Shown here piece after piece: positions 42,601-56,045 of a stretch of DNA of 64,000 nucleotides (position 1 is the stretch's first letter; each line of letters starts with the position of its first letter). The translations under genes and the position numbers were made by a program. The DNA lies in the NCBI GenBank assembly GCA_964016885.1, contig OZ024761.1:1426001-1490000 (forward strand), written 5' to 3'. Under the pieces are notes generated by a model. The model was not told the DNA's origin. It searched no databases and worked only from the letters and a program-made list of their open reading frames with translations. The DNA comes from Eledone cirrhosa. Its lineage: Eukaryota.

Positions 42601-45600
42601 CAGGTACCGATTGGATTTCCCGAATGTGCCAATGTGGACTTGGACAAACCGCATAGGGTCATCCAGATCATATCTAGATAGAGTATTTTGTAGGGAAATA
42701 GATAGGTCTAGCATAGGCTGTCCACAATTCAAGATAGTCAGCTACACGGACCACAAATTCGTGATCTGTGTGCTTGACTTAGATAGGCTTCATAGACGAG
42801 GACCCGGCTACTGGAAGCTAAACGCGTCCTTATCAGCGCGCAAGGCCTACAGAAACCGGATTAGCGAACTAGTTAAGCGGGCGTTGACGGGGGGGGGGGG
42901 CATCGTCAACAACAGGTGGTGGTTTGCTCTGAAAAGAGCGATTAGAATAGAGTCCATTAGGTTTAGTAAGGCTTTAGCAATAGAGAAAAATAGAGCAGAG
43001 GGAGAACTAGTTAGAAAATTAGACGAGGCGCTTAGCAAAGGCATCGCGACCGACGTACTTGCGGCGAAATTGGCCCTTGACCAATTCTTCAATGCAAAGC
43101 ACGAAGGCTGCGTTGTCAGATCTAGGGTGCGTGCTCTCAGACACGAGGGGACGAAAGCCGTTCAATGGGCCTGAGTGGCGGAGGCGCGTCGTGGCAACAA
43201 AGCCACGATCCGGTCTTTGGTGGACCACGACGGGCGCATGCTACTCGATCCCGGGAAAATGTGTGAAGCTTTTCAGCGACACTTCGCTCAGCTGTTCGGG
43301 GGCAGCGGTGGGCCATGTCGAGGGATGGACTTTAGTGTCTACCTCGACGGACTGCCGCGGCTCTCGGCCACTGAGGCGGAGTGTTGCGAAAAGCCGATAA
43401 CAGTCGCTGAAGTACGGGAGGCAATGACTGGTTGCACAAGGGGTAAATCGCCTGGTTTGGATGGTCTGCCCTATGAACTTTACGTACAGATGCCAGACTT
43501 GTTCAGAGGCCTCTTGGCGGACGTCTACTGCAACTGGCAACAGAACGGGAGAATTCCCAGCTCTGTAAGCCGAGGAGCGGTGGCGCTGCTGAGAAAGGAT
43601 CCGAACAAGGGGGATAACATAGATAATTTCAGGCCCATAACTCTGCTAAACACAGAGTTCAAGATTTTGGCCAAGGTGCTAACAAAGAGGTTGGTGCTTG
43701 TCGCTGGTGGTCTGGTGGGAGAGGCACAGGCATGCGCCATTCCCGGCAGATCCATCCACAACAACCTCCACCTCATGCGATACATCGTAGAGAGGGTAGC
43801 TAGGGAACCTGGTACGGGTGGGTCCTTGATCAATTTAGATCAGTCGAAAGCTTTCGATAGGGTCGACCATCGTTACCTAGCGAACCGTTCAACATCATGC
43901 GTTCGGTCTGCCAAGGATGTCCCCTCTCGTCCTTCTTGTACGTATTGATTCTCGAGCCATTACTGCACAAACTGGAGGCGTTGAGGGGCGTCCCGCGCGA
44001 ACTAGGATGCGGAAGATCCGTGTCAGCATATGCGGATGATGTCACCGTAGTGGTGTCGAACGCCAAAAACATCGAGGCGATCGGCACTACACTGAGAGAA
44101 TACGAAGCGGTGACAGAAGCAATGATCAACCAGGAAAAGTCAGTGGGCCTGCAGCTCGGCACCTGGAGAGGCAGGTCTATGCCGTCCAACAGCGTCGTCG
44201 GGCGCTGGACGGATGGACCGGTTAAATTGCTAGGGTCTGGTTCGGTCCGGACCTCCAGACGGACAAAAACTGGGACTAGGTAACGAGCAGGGTGGCTTAT
44301 CTCACCCAGAAATGGGCGGAGAGGAAGCTATCCCTGAAAGATTAAGCGGAGGTGGCTAACGCGTACATCGCGTCCGTCATCTGCTACCGCCTGACCGTTG
44401 TACCTTGTCCTAAGCCCCGCCTGACTGCGCTGGAGCGTTTGCTCTTTTGCTTTTTGTGGAAGAGACGCGCTCCGATGGTCAGGCGGTCCATCTGTTGTCA
44501 ACACCCGCTACGTTGAGGGCTGGGCATGCCGTGGCTGATGATGCGCAGACACGCGCTCAGGCTACGACATCTCAACCTCTTCCTCGACGGTGATGAGGTG
44601 TGGTCGCCGTTTGCTAGACGCGTCTTTCCCCAGCTCGTTTCCTTGACGGAGCTGCAGTCCTGGGTCAAGCGAAGACCGAGAGGGAGCGCTTGGAGACTGG
44701 AATGTCTTCAGGCGCTCACAGCCCTTGACCAATCGGGCAATGTGATCGGTGGGAACTCCACCTCGGCGTTCTATAGAGGATTAGTGGAGGGTAAGAGCGA
44801 CGACGTACTTGGGGGAACTCTAGGCCTCGACGAAAATCAACTAGCCAATCTCTTCGGAAGAACTTTCGGGCCGGGGCATATGGACAACTTCCAGAAATCC
44901 CTGGCCTGGCAGTGCTACCGAGGAGCCTTGCCAGTTCGGGATAAACTCTACAGGCATGGAGGTGCCGTCAGCCGGGCATGTCCGAGATGCGCGCAGGGCG
45001 ACGAAATCGTCCTGCACGCACTCGTCCCGTGTCCGAGAATTGCTGACTTGTGGGTTTATGTCGAACACCTGCTGTCGCGTGTAGGACGGATCCGGCTATC
45101 AGCTGAGTCCATCGTGAGGATTGCCCCGCCCTCTTCCTTTAGCCGGGAAGGGCAGGCAGTTTTTATCTGTCTGGTGGCCATGGCGAAAGAGATAGTATGG
45201 TGGACACGTTTGAAAGGGCTGAAGACGAGCACTTACCTCTTCTGTGATGCCCTGATTATTTTTTTCAAATTTCATTTGAAAAGGAAAATCAGGGTAGAGA
45301 GGGAAGTGCTCTCTTCCCAGCATTTTGTTGAAAGATGGGTGAGAGAAGCAATAATGGCCCGAGTTAATGGGCCTACTCTGAGTATGTGTCTGTAAATTAA
45401 AGGTGGAAAACTGGGGGAGGGCACTTGCCCTGGTAGTCAGGGTCACTGTGGCCTTTTAATGGGCTTTCTCCACAAATGTCCCTCCGAAGTCTCCCCCCTA
45501 TTGGGGAATTTTTCATTGTTATTTTTTATTACATCCTCTATTTTTATTTTTTACACGCAGAAATGCCCATTTGTACCGTCCTGTATTGTCCTGTACTGTC

Positions 45601-45644
45601 CTTAATGTCTACTTTATGTAAACCCTTGTGGTTAATAAAGAAAG

Positions 45645-45645
<1 letters not shown>
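39680..45645 (+). mobile_element. Tx1/L1-clade LINE copy 1, near full-length and disabled, inside the FReD intron (5' boundary approximate)
   Basis: ORF1 about 39901-42039 (frameshifted, CFRCGSKTHLRAFC knuckle). ORF2 42074-45395 has APE, RT (DQSKAFDRVDH, QGCPLS, YADD) and CPRC..H..C. Ends AATAAA then (TTA)n. Confidence 0.93.
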
Positions 45646-45701
<56 letters not shown>

Positions 45702-46029
45702 CATTATATATATATATATATGTGCTCCCTGTTCAAGGCTAGAATCCTAAAGGTCAGAGTTAGTATCCCTCTCCCAGCCCCAGTTCAGTATATGTTATTA
45801 TATATATATATATTTTTTTTTTGTCATTTCCTCAATAACCTTTTGTAGTTTTACAAGGTTTGCTGAGACCCACAAACATTGATAGGAAACTAATACTGTT
45901 ACATGTAGACAGATGGGCAGACAGATATGTGGATAGTTAGATAGATAAATAGATGGACAGATAGATGGACAGACATATAGATAGATAGATAGATAGATAG
46001 ATAGCTAGATAGATAGATAGATAGATAGA

Positions 46030-46162
46030 TATATTTCTTTATTAGCCACAGGGGCACAAAAGAAGGGGACAAATACAAAGGGGGAAGTTTACATACAATA
46101 AAAACGTGTAAAATGTTATCACAGATGGAATTTAAAAGTTAGTCGATTTTCCCCAATAGAGG
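46030..46162 (-). mobile_element. Tx1 3'-UTR stub within (GATA)n
   Basis: Reverse complement of about 52420-52550. Confidence 0.9.
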
Positions 46163-46167
46163 GAGAC

Positions 46168-46229
<62 letters not shown>

Positions 46230-46271
46230 TAGATATGTGGATAGACAGATAGGTACATGGAGATATATATC

Positions 46272-46373
<102 letters not shown>

Positions 46374-46706
46374 GATAGACAGAATCGTAGGCAGACTGAC
46401 AGAAAGATAGATAGATAGATACATAGGTTATTAGATAAATAACGAGGGAAAAAGGGGGAGATTTGAAAAGAGAAAGAGAAGGGAGGATGTGAAAGGGCGA
46501 TATTTTAGAGAAAGAGAGTGTGGGTGAGTAAGGAAAAGCTACGGGATGAAACCTTATAGGTGACAATATAAATGGTTCACAAAGACCATTACACTGGACC
46601 ATTATGGTAATCGAATTACAGTTAAATATTTGAATGTGTTAAGATGTAGTGATTTTGTCGCCATATTTGTTTTATAGCTTATAGAAAAGTTGTATTTTAT
46701 TATATA

Positions 46707-47207
46707 CTAGCCGAATTACCCGCGCCTTGTTGCGTTTCACACATTTTCTTTGTAAGAAAATGATGATTGATTTTAAATCAGTGATGTTATTTATGGAGAA
46801 AAACTCTGCATTTCAATATTACTCAATGTAAAATGTAATGCATGAAAAATTGGAAATCATTATTTTTTGTAATATATCAAATCAAAATTACATTATTAAA
46901 TCTTATTCTTATTTTGTTTCTTGTAAATAATTTTTTTCAAAATATCAATTCAAAATTTTTGTGAATATGCATCATATCTTGTCATTTACCTATGGTTTAA
47001 ATTTCATATAAATCAAAGGGAAAAACTTTTAGTGGGGGTTTCAGCGGGGGTTTTGAGCCCCCGGGGAACCCCTTGATTAAAATGAAATATACTTATCCAA
47101 GTACCCTGGGCAATGTTGTTTCAGAATATATATGGTTATGGGGTTCTATCTCCAAAACCATAGGAGTAGTTCGTGAACAAACAAACAAACAAACAGACAG
47201 GAATACA

Positions 47208-47220
<13 letters not shown>
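46707..47220 (-). mobile_element. Non-autonomous Helitron-like element
   Basis: The minus strand begins with TA/(GTTT)n/(GTCT) repeats and ends cgcaacaaggcgcgggtaattcggCTAG|T (subterminal hairpin plus CTAG). Confidence 0.6.
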
Positions 47221-47294
<74 letters not shown>

Positions 47295-47302
47295 TATATA
47301 TA

Positions 47303-47632
47303 TTCATTGAAGTTGGTAGTGCACGACTGGATAGAACCTTCTCATTCTGTGTAGTTAACCATGGTGCAAGAGTAGAAAAGCACTCAACATATTGCAACTC
47401 AATCATCTTTGGTGTAAGATTCTGTTGGTGGTGCGTAGATGGAGTTAAACATTATTGAATACAGCAACAAGAGGCCAAAAGTTGAAATTCCTTTAAAGTT
47501 TTTATTCTGCAGCCATTATATATATTTCAATGACCAGTAAGACTCCAGTGACATCATCAGGTGCATAAGAGTTATAAAGGAAATAGGGTGAACACAGTTT
47601 GTATACATAGAGATAGAAATAAAAATAAAAAT

Positions 47633-47635
<3 letters not shown>
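47303..47635 (-). mobile_element. Diverged family K element with degenerate HHR
   Basis: Homologous to 36690-36990; CTGATGA tgtcactgg..ctggtcatt GAAA tatata TA at about 47510-47565. Confidence 0.65.
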
Positions 47636-47671
<36 letters not shown>

Positions 47672-47675
<4 letters not shown>

Positions 47676-48620
47676 GGAATAGAATGAAACAAAATTTCAT
47701 TTCTCACTCTTAGTACGGCAGTTACTTAAATGTAAGTATGTATGTATGCATACGTACATACATATATGTATACAGACGTACAGTAGTATGTATATATATA
47801 CACACATGCACACATATATATATATGCACGTATCGGTTTACCGAACATTTATTATAATGTTCGGTTTGTTTGTTTGTAAATAAACAAACAGCCCGAATTA
47901 CGCCGTAGTGTTTAGCCAACCACGTCACCTTTTTGTTCAACACTGACACAGGACGATGTACTATTTTCAAGCTTATTAGCTATCGTCAGCAACGTATACC
48001 TTCCTGCCAGATGGTGGAACGTCTGAAAGTATATACTTTCCTTATGCATATTAACGGCTAAGCAGCCTAATTTGCATATCGAGTGAGTTTAGTCGGCTGG
48101 GCGCACCGAATATATATATACATACTACTGTACGTCTGTATACATATATGTATGTACGTATACATACATACATACTTACATTTAAGTAACTGCCGTACTA
48201 AGAGTGAGAAATGAAATTTCGTTTCATTCTATTCCATTTATCGTTTTCGGTGCGCCCAGCCGACTAAACTCACTCGATATGCAAATTAGGCTGCTCATCC
48301 GTTAATATGCATAAGGAAAGTATATACTTTCAGACGTTCAACCATCTGGCAGGAAGGTATACAATGCTGACGATAGCTAATAAGCTTGAAACTAGTACAT
48401 CGTTCCTGTGTCAGTGTTGAAGAAAAAGGTGACGTGGTTGCCTAAACACTGTACGGCGTAATTCAGGCTGTTCAGTTTATTTACAAACAAACAAACCGAG
48501 CATTATAATAAATGTTCGGTAAACCTATACGTGCATATATATGTGTGTATATATATACATACTACTGTACGTCTGTATACATACATGTATGTACGTATAC
48601 ATACATACTTACATTTATAT
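47672..48620. mobile_element. Inverted plus tandem ~440-bp unit with minimal HHR (family L, retrozyme-like)
   Basis: Order X-Y / X'-Y'-X'(partial); atg-CTGACGA-tagct aata agctt-GAAA CTAG TA-cat at 48362-48402 (+), mirrored at 47954-47992 (-); X' also occurs at 6630-6702. Confidence 0.85.
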
Positions 48621-48646
48621 ATATATATATAATGTATGTATGTATA

Positions 48647-48744
<98 letters not shown>

Positions 48745-48748
48745 ATCT

Positions 48749-51135
48749 AGTGTTTAGTAACCACACTAACACTATACATAATATTACAGTGGAAAAAACC
48801 CTTCTCTCTGACCATGACATGGTTCTTTGTAACCTGAGATTCCACTAGCCGAAAGCTAATCCCAGGGTCCTCTCTCCAGCCCACCCATTTGATAACATGG
48901 ATCTCTGTAATGCCAACTGGGATGCAATTATGAACGAACTATCACATGTCGACTGGTCTTTTACACACGCACACACTTCCACCAACATCAAAACATCTTG
49001 GCAGATCTTTGTAGACACTGTCACAAATATATGTACAAAACACACCCCACCAAAACCTGTGAACAAAACCAAGTGCAGTATCCCACAAACAAAAAAATTA
49101 ACACACTAAAATACTGCCAACAGCAACACACACATTCAATGGCTATCACCCTGCTTGAGTAAAAAAAATATAACCTCCAGCAATGCATGATAACCATCAT
49201 CAATAACCAGAGAATAGCTGACGAGAGGTGGGCCATTGAGAAAATCAAACTTAACCCCAAAGTGTTCTTTTCATTTGCTAAAAAACACAGGGTCACCGTC
49301 TCCACTGTTGGCCCCCTAGTTGATGAAAATGGCACACTCCAGGACAATGCCAAAACCATGGGCGAGATACTGCAGAAACAATACTGCTCTATTTTCAGCA
49401 ATCCTGATATGGCCAGTCTGGGCCGTATCAGTGATGTTAACCCCCAACACACTATACCAGACATAACGTTTGGCGTCCCTCATGTCTTAGCGGCAATAAA
49501 CGAAAATAAACATAATTCAGCAGTAGGCCCTGACAGGTTCCTTGCTTGTGTCCTGAAGGTGTGTCGACACCAACTTGCATCTCCTCTTGCTAATCTGTGG
49601 AGGAACTCACTGGACTCTGGCTATATTCCTGAAAACTTTCTGTACCAGTCCGTTGTCCCAATCTTCAAAAAGGGAAATAAGTCCCTTGCAGTGAACTACC
49701 GTCTCCAATCTCACTCACCTCTCATATTATCAAGGTATTTGAGAGGGTGGTGAGATCACGAATAACCCACTTTCTTGAAAGCAACGGCCTGCTGAACTCC
49801 AACCAACATGGGTTCCGTAATGGAAGGGACTGCCTAATGCAGTTCCTGCATCACTTTGACAATGTTTTGAGAGCCTTGGGAGAGGGCTCCAACACTGATG
49901 TCATCTACCTTGATTTCAGAAAGGCCTTCGACAGGATTGATAATAAGATTCTACTGAAAAAACTATCCAATGTTGGTGTCTCTGGAAGGTTACTACAGTG
50001 GATCAAATGTTTCCTGACAGACAGAACCCAACATGTTGTAGTCGAAGGAGTAAAATCAAGCCCTGCCAAAGTCAGCTGTGGCGTCCCACAAGGCACTGTG
50101 TTGGGCCCACTTCTTTTCATCATCTACATTAATGACACTACTGACATCATCAAGCACAGCAACATAAGAATCTTCGCAGATGATTCCAAGCTCCAAAGGG
50201 TCATCAATGAGGTGGGTGACCGGACTTGCCTTCAGTCAGACCTACTGGCTGTTATCCAATGGGCAGAAATGAATAATATGCTGTTGAATGAGGATAAATT
50301 TGAATTAATCCACTTTGGAAAAAAGGATGCCCTGAAACTACCATACTCTCTTCCTTCGGGTGAAACTCTAGTGGCATCCAATAACATCAGAGACCTGGGA
50401 GTAATTGTGGATAACAACATAAGCTGGGCCACTCATATAAACAGCAAAGTTGATATGGCCCGCAGAATGTGTTCTTAGATTCTTAGAACTTTCCAGTTGA
50501 GAGATATCCACACTGTTATCCTTCTCTTCTCCACTTTTGCCCGACCCCACCTTGAATACTGTGGTCCACTGTGGTCACCCCACACGAAACAAAGTATTAT
50601 GAAAGTTGAAGCACCCCAAAGGTCAATTACAAAAAAGATAGATGGCATGACAGGCCTTGACTATTGGAGTCGATTAGAAAAGCTCAAACTTTATTTCCTC
50701 CAACGTCGCCGTGAGCGCTACATTATCTGTATGATGTGGAAAATATTCCATCAGCTTTGCCCAAATTATGTTGGCATCACCTTTAGTGTACACCCAACGC
50801 TTGGGCCCCGTGCTATCCGCCCACGATAAAAATCTCACTCACATCACATAACAACAACACGGCACAATTATTTCACCTCAATTGGCCCTGCACTCTTTAA
50901 CATTACACCAAGACACATCAAAGCAGAGACAGACCGCATCAAGTTCAAGAAGTTTTTGGATGAATTCCTTCAAGAAATCCCGGATAAGCCTCCTACACCC
51001 GGATATGCCTCCGTAAACAATAACTCCCAGCTCGAGTGGGCCATGGTGCCCAAACACTGATTTGTAAGACTTCGCCAGGTGGTGCTATTAAGTTAGACAT
51101 GGCCTGGGCCAATACTGGGCGAAACCTATCAAAGT
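48749..51135 (+). mobile_element. CR1-clade LINE, 5'-truncated and disabled
   Basis: NQHGFR.GR.C, YLDFRKAFD, GVPQGTVLGPLLF, FADD, RDLGV, RPHLEY..W.P; premature stops. Confidence 0.92.
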
Positions 51136-51261
51136 TATATATATATGTATATATATATATGTATATATATGTATATATATGTATATATATATATGTATAT
51201 ATATGTATATATATATATGTATATATATATATGTATATATATGTATATATATATATGTATA

Positions 51262-51302
<41 letters not shown>

Positions 51303-51335
51303 GTATATATATATGTATACATATGTATATATAAA

Positions 51336-51367
<32 letters not shown>

Positions 51368-51400
51368 GTATATATATATGTATACATATGTATATATAAA

Positions 51401-51431
<31 letters not shown>

Positions 51432-51534
51432 TCGACAGTCGATCGACTTTCGTCAAATCGGACCGAGGAAACAATGTTTCCGTTGGTCTTTCCAATTGCT
51501 AGTACTCTCTATCGGTCGCAACTCCAGGTAGAAG

Positions 51535-51655
51535 GAGCAACGTGAAATAAAGTGTCTTGCTCAAGGACATAACGAATCGCCCGGTCCGGGAATCGAACTC
51601 ACAACCTCACGATTAGGAATCCAATTCTCTAACCACTCGGCCACACGTCTTCACA
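51535..51655 (-). mobile_element. tRNA-derived SINE
   Basis: tggccgagtggttag, gagttcgattcc and ccttgagcaagacactt; same family as the head at 35450-35590. Confidence 0.8.
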
Positions 51656-51886
51656 TATAAATATGGAATGTAGAAAAGTGACTATTATTATTCATATAAA
51701 TATGCAATTTAACTGCACTGTACACTTCTGTCATTCAAAAACATTCAAAGAGCATATAAAGCTGAAACCGGTACACGATTAAATGCGGAAATCCCCACTT
51801 TATAAATAAATGTTTTGATATTATACTGAAAAAATCCCTCCACCATTTTCTACTGCATTTTTTCCTTTTTACTATTTGTTTATATA

Positions 51887-52062
51887 GGGCGGTGAATTGG
51901 CAGTATCGGTAGAGGATCGGACGCCATGCTTTCCAGCATATTTACGGTCTGAGTTCAAATCCCGTCGAGGTTAACTTTGCCTTTCATCCTTACGGGGTCG
52001 ATAAAATAAAGTACCAGTAATGTACTGGGTAATTGCTGGCCTTGGGCCAAAAGTAGAAACAA
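51887..52062 (+). mobile_element. Octopus-type tRNA-derived SINE
   Basis: ggcggtgaattggcag..ctgagttcaaatccc..ctttgcctttcatcct..ggggtcgataaaat..gtaccag. Confidence 0.8.
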
Positions 52063-52148
52063 CTATTTATTTATATATATATATTCATCTCCCTCACGCA
52101 TATCCAACCTATCTAGCTGTCTGTGTGTCTATCCAACCATCCATCTAT

Positions 52149-52553
52149 CTTTCTCTCCGGCCAACAACTGATTCTTTTTTCAAATACCACTTTGGAAGAA
52201 GAATCAGGATGGAGAGAGAGGTGCTGTACCCCAGCAAGTTTTATGAAAGGTGGGTGAAAGTGGCGAGAATGGCCCGAGTGAATGGGCCTTCTCTCTATAT
52301 CAGCCTGTAGGTTGAGGAAAAGGAGGAGGAGAGGAAAGGAGTACAAGCTCTTCGTACTCCTGGAGATGAGGGTTGCACATTTTTTTCGGGGGTCTGTGTT
52401 ACCCATATAAACTGTCTCCCTCTATTGGGGAAAATCGACTAACTTTTAAATTCCATCTGTGATAACATTTTACACGTTTTTATTGTATGTAAACTTCCCC
52501 CTTTGTATTTGTCCCCTTCTTTTGTGCCCCTGTGGCTAATAAAGAAATATATC

Positions 52554-52584
<31 letters not shown>

Positions 52585-52690
52585 TATTTATTAATGTTAA
52601 AGTTATATGATTTTTATGTAAAAGCCCCGCCATCACGTCTTGTAATGTCCCATTTTTGTACGCCCCTGTGGCAAATAAAGAAAGATACCT
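52149..52690 (+). mobile_element. Two tandem Tx1 3'-end stubs, each ending in (TATC)n
   Basis: 52149-52550 is homologous to 61438-61835; the second stub ends cccctgtggcaaataaagaaa. Confidence 0.85.
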
Positions 52691-52733
52691 ATCTATCTAT
52701 CTATTTAACTATCTATTTATCTATCTCACACAG

Positions 52734-53060
52734 GACTTCTACGCTTACCAGAACCAGGGACCCGGAAGCAGTGGTCTTCGTTTACACATCGGCCCCTTCA
52801 CCACATACGATCGACAGTCGAACCAGTTGCCCGAGAACTGCGCGGTGAAGTTCCACTGCGGTTGGTGGTTTCGGACATGCGTTCGAAATAGCAACTTGAA
52901 CGGACGCTATTACCAAGGTGGCTACACGTTTCCACGCAACAAGACTCGTTCCCGTGATGACATCTATTGGTACAGCGTAGGTCAGTCGTTACGAAGGTGT
53001 GTCATGAAAATACACCGCGTCAGCAATGCTACAGCGAAAATGTCGAAATTACACCCATGA
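52734..53060 (+). CDS. FReD gene, terminal coding exon
   Basis: Acceptor cacag|GAC in phase 0, matching the 38782 donor; FTTYDR..NCA....[18 protein letters not shown]...MKI; TGA ends at 53060. Confidence 0.92.
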   Translation, partial: DFYAYQNQGPGSSGLRLHIGPFTTYDRQSNQLPENCAVKFHCGWWFRTCVRNSNLNGRYYQGGYTFPRNKTRSRDDIYWYSVGQSLRRCVMKIHRVSNATAKMSKLHP

Positions 53061-53149
53061 AGAAAGAAAAGAAAACAATTAGACATTTCCTTTTTTCAAA
53101 CATCTACAGAACAGCTCCTACAAATATACATATAAATATATATATATAT

Positions 53150-53229
<80 letters not shown>

Positions 53230-53280
53230 ATATATATATATGTCTTTATATATATTTGTATATATAAGTGGCTATAAAGA

Positions 53281-53286
53281 AATAAA
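53281..53286 (+). terminator. Candidate polyadenylation signal of the FReD gene
   Basis: First AATAAA after the stop codon. Confidence 0.45.
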
Positions 53287-53309
53287 ATATTTTACATACC
53301 TAACACCAT

Positions 53310-55670
53310 GAATACCCCTAACATACAGCCAACAATAAGCAACAAACACCGTAGAAAATATCAAAAAATTAGTGCCACCAATGAAACACCGAAAAACCTA
53401 GATCCTACCATTACTGCCAATATCCACATAACACGAATGACACAAATTCTCTAAAAATCATCAATCCTAACGATTCTGAATATTTCTATAACTTACCTAA
53501 TATTATTACTACAAACCGTGCGAAAACACCTAACTCCACTACTCTTAAAAAAACAGTTAATAATAACATCTTATATCTTAATTCTCACAATAAACCTAAT
53601 GATGTATCACCTATCTCATCGAAACTTCAACATAACCAAACTACACCCTTGCAATCCAAAAAACTAGAGAAACATATCCAAACTACCGTATATAACAAGA
53701 ATGATACCGAAATTCCAGGTCCTATCAATAATGTGTTTTTAAAAAAACTCACAATATCCTCTACAAATCAAACAAAAAGCAATAAATAAAAAAATAATAC
53801 AATTCAAAAATCTACTAAACAATTAGTTCACACCCATAATAACAATCATAATATTATAATTTCATCTGAAAACAATATCTACCCTCAAACTTCTATACAT
53901 ACCCAATATAATAAGAGGAAACCTTTTAGAAACCATAAAAGAAATGTAACATGGTATAACGCTCCATTCAACTTGCAAACTATGGGCCAAATCCCTAAAA
54001 GATTTTTTACAATTCTTGATAAACATTTCCCACCTAACCACAAATACCATCAAATCTTAAGCAGGAACACAGTAAAATTTTCTTACTCCACATCGAGCAA
54101 TATACAACAAAAAATAAGTGCATATAACATCTATAAATGTACAAAAGCTCCATCTATACCACACACAATAGCACGCCACACACAAGATAACTATGGTAAT
54201 ACTACAACGCATAACCGTAATATTACTGCATACCCACCTGATAGATCCACTCACTCACCTCACCAGCACAATATAGTAGACTACAACCAACTATCATCTT
54301 CCTCATCCTTAATAGGGACTAAGATTTACATACCCAATCTAACTAATAGCGCCCAAAGCAACCATGTCTCCATAAACGCTATATCAAGTAAAATTTCACC
54401 TACTAGCAACACCCTACCGTAAACCCTTCTCTCCCAAATAAAAAGGTAAACACAAATACTAGCACTATTATTGAGAATATGGATAGCACATCTGAAACCC
54501 TATATGCAAACGGTTGTAATTGTAGAATAAAAGAAAATTGCCCCTTAAATGGAAATTGCTTAATTAATAATATAGTATATAAATGTGTAATCACCACTAA
54601 AGACTCTAATCAATCCTATATAGGATCCACTTCTAATCCATATAAATCGAGATTTTATGCACACACCCATAGTTTCCGAAACACAAAATTAGCAAATACC
54701 ACTTCTTTGGCAGAAGCAGTTAATAATTGTAAAAAGAAGAATATTAAATATAACCTAATTTGGAAGATTCTTAAGAGGACTATTTCTTATCAGGGCAATA
54801 GAAGGGAATGCGGACTATGTTCCCAAGACATTTTTGAAATTACTAAATCGAAGGACACTCTATTAAATAAAAGACAAGAATTAATTTTAGTATGTAACCA
54901 TAAAATTAGAAAGACATTCAAATATTATAAATACAACTAAACAAATATAGAAAAATATATAGGTGAATAAATGTGTGAGTATAGGTGTGTGTGTGAATAT
55001 GTATAGCTGTGTGTGTATATGTATGTATATGCATAAATGTATGCCTATATATAAACATGAGTAACTATACATGTGTATATATATATATATATTTTTTTTT
55101 TATATCGTATATTTTTAGAACAAATTATTCCTCACAACAAAGAAATAGCTAACTTTTTAAGATTATTCTATTCCATTCTACTTGATGTAATACACTAATC
55201 TCAGCATCCCATCTCCTCCAACCGTAATCTTCTTTGACCATCAATACTTTTATATACAATATGCCTAAACTCATTTACACTAAGAACTCTCATTTCTTTT
55301 CTTAAAAGACATTTTATACCTTATCCACTGATGGCCTATTTATTCATCTACTACCACCAAACTTAAGGATTTATAGTGCCCCTTTCCATTCTTAACAATG
55401 GTCAATTTCAACCTGGTTATAAAACCTTACTTATTCATATGTATGTTTGTTTTTGTATTCTTCAATAAACAAAACTCATTATTTCTGAAGACGGCGGGTG
55501 GTGAAGACGTATGTATTCTTTTTCTCACTATGATATTTTGTAATATGTTTTACATAGATCAATAATTGAATGAACATGCAGAGGACTACCCTCCAGAAAC
55601 GATCGTAAAATAATGTGTTTTACTATGAATTAACAGTTTTGTGTTTAATTTCATTGTTTTAATATTTCTA
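53310..55670 (+). mobile_element. 5'-truncated Penelope-like element (GIY-YIG, 3' UTR, HHR)
   Basis: RNVTWYNAPF..KHFPPNHKY..NTVKFSYS, then CNCR..CPLNGNCL..YIGST (54479-54940); related to 3256-3747. Confidence 0.88.
55477..55615 (+). ncRNA. Type I hammerhead with ~100-nt stem II (family A)
   Basis: cattattt-CTGAAGA-c ggcgggtggt...actaccctcc a-GAAAC GATC GTA-aaataatg; perfect 8-bp stem I. Confidence 0.75.
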
Positions 55671-55741
<71 letters not shown>

Positions 55742-55814
55742 GCATATATATATGCATATATATATGTATATATATATGTATGTATATGCATATATATATA
55801 TGTATATATATATG

Positions 55815-55876
<62 letters not shown>

Positions 55877-55937
55877 AAAGCATATATTTTGCATATATTT
55901 TGCTCCAATAGTTATAAATACACACACATACACTTAC

Positions 55938-56006
<69 letters not shown>

Positions 56007-56045
56007 CCTACCTACTTACCTACCTATCTATCTATCTTTCTTTCT

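Noticed and set aside
51590-51655. tRNA genes (also 34057, 35520, 51887)
   Set aside because: A and B boxes are present, but there is no full cloverleaf and each continues into a SINE body.
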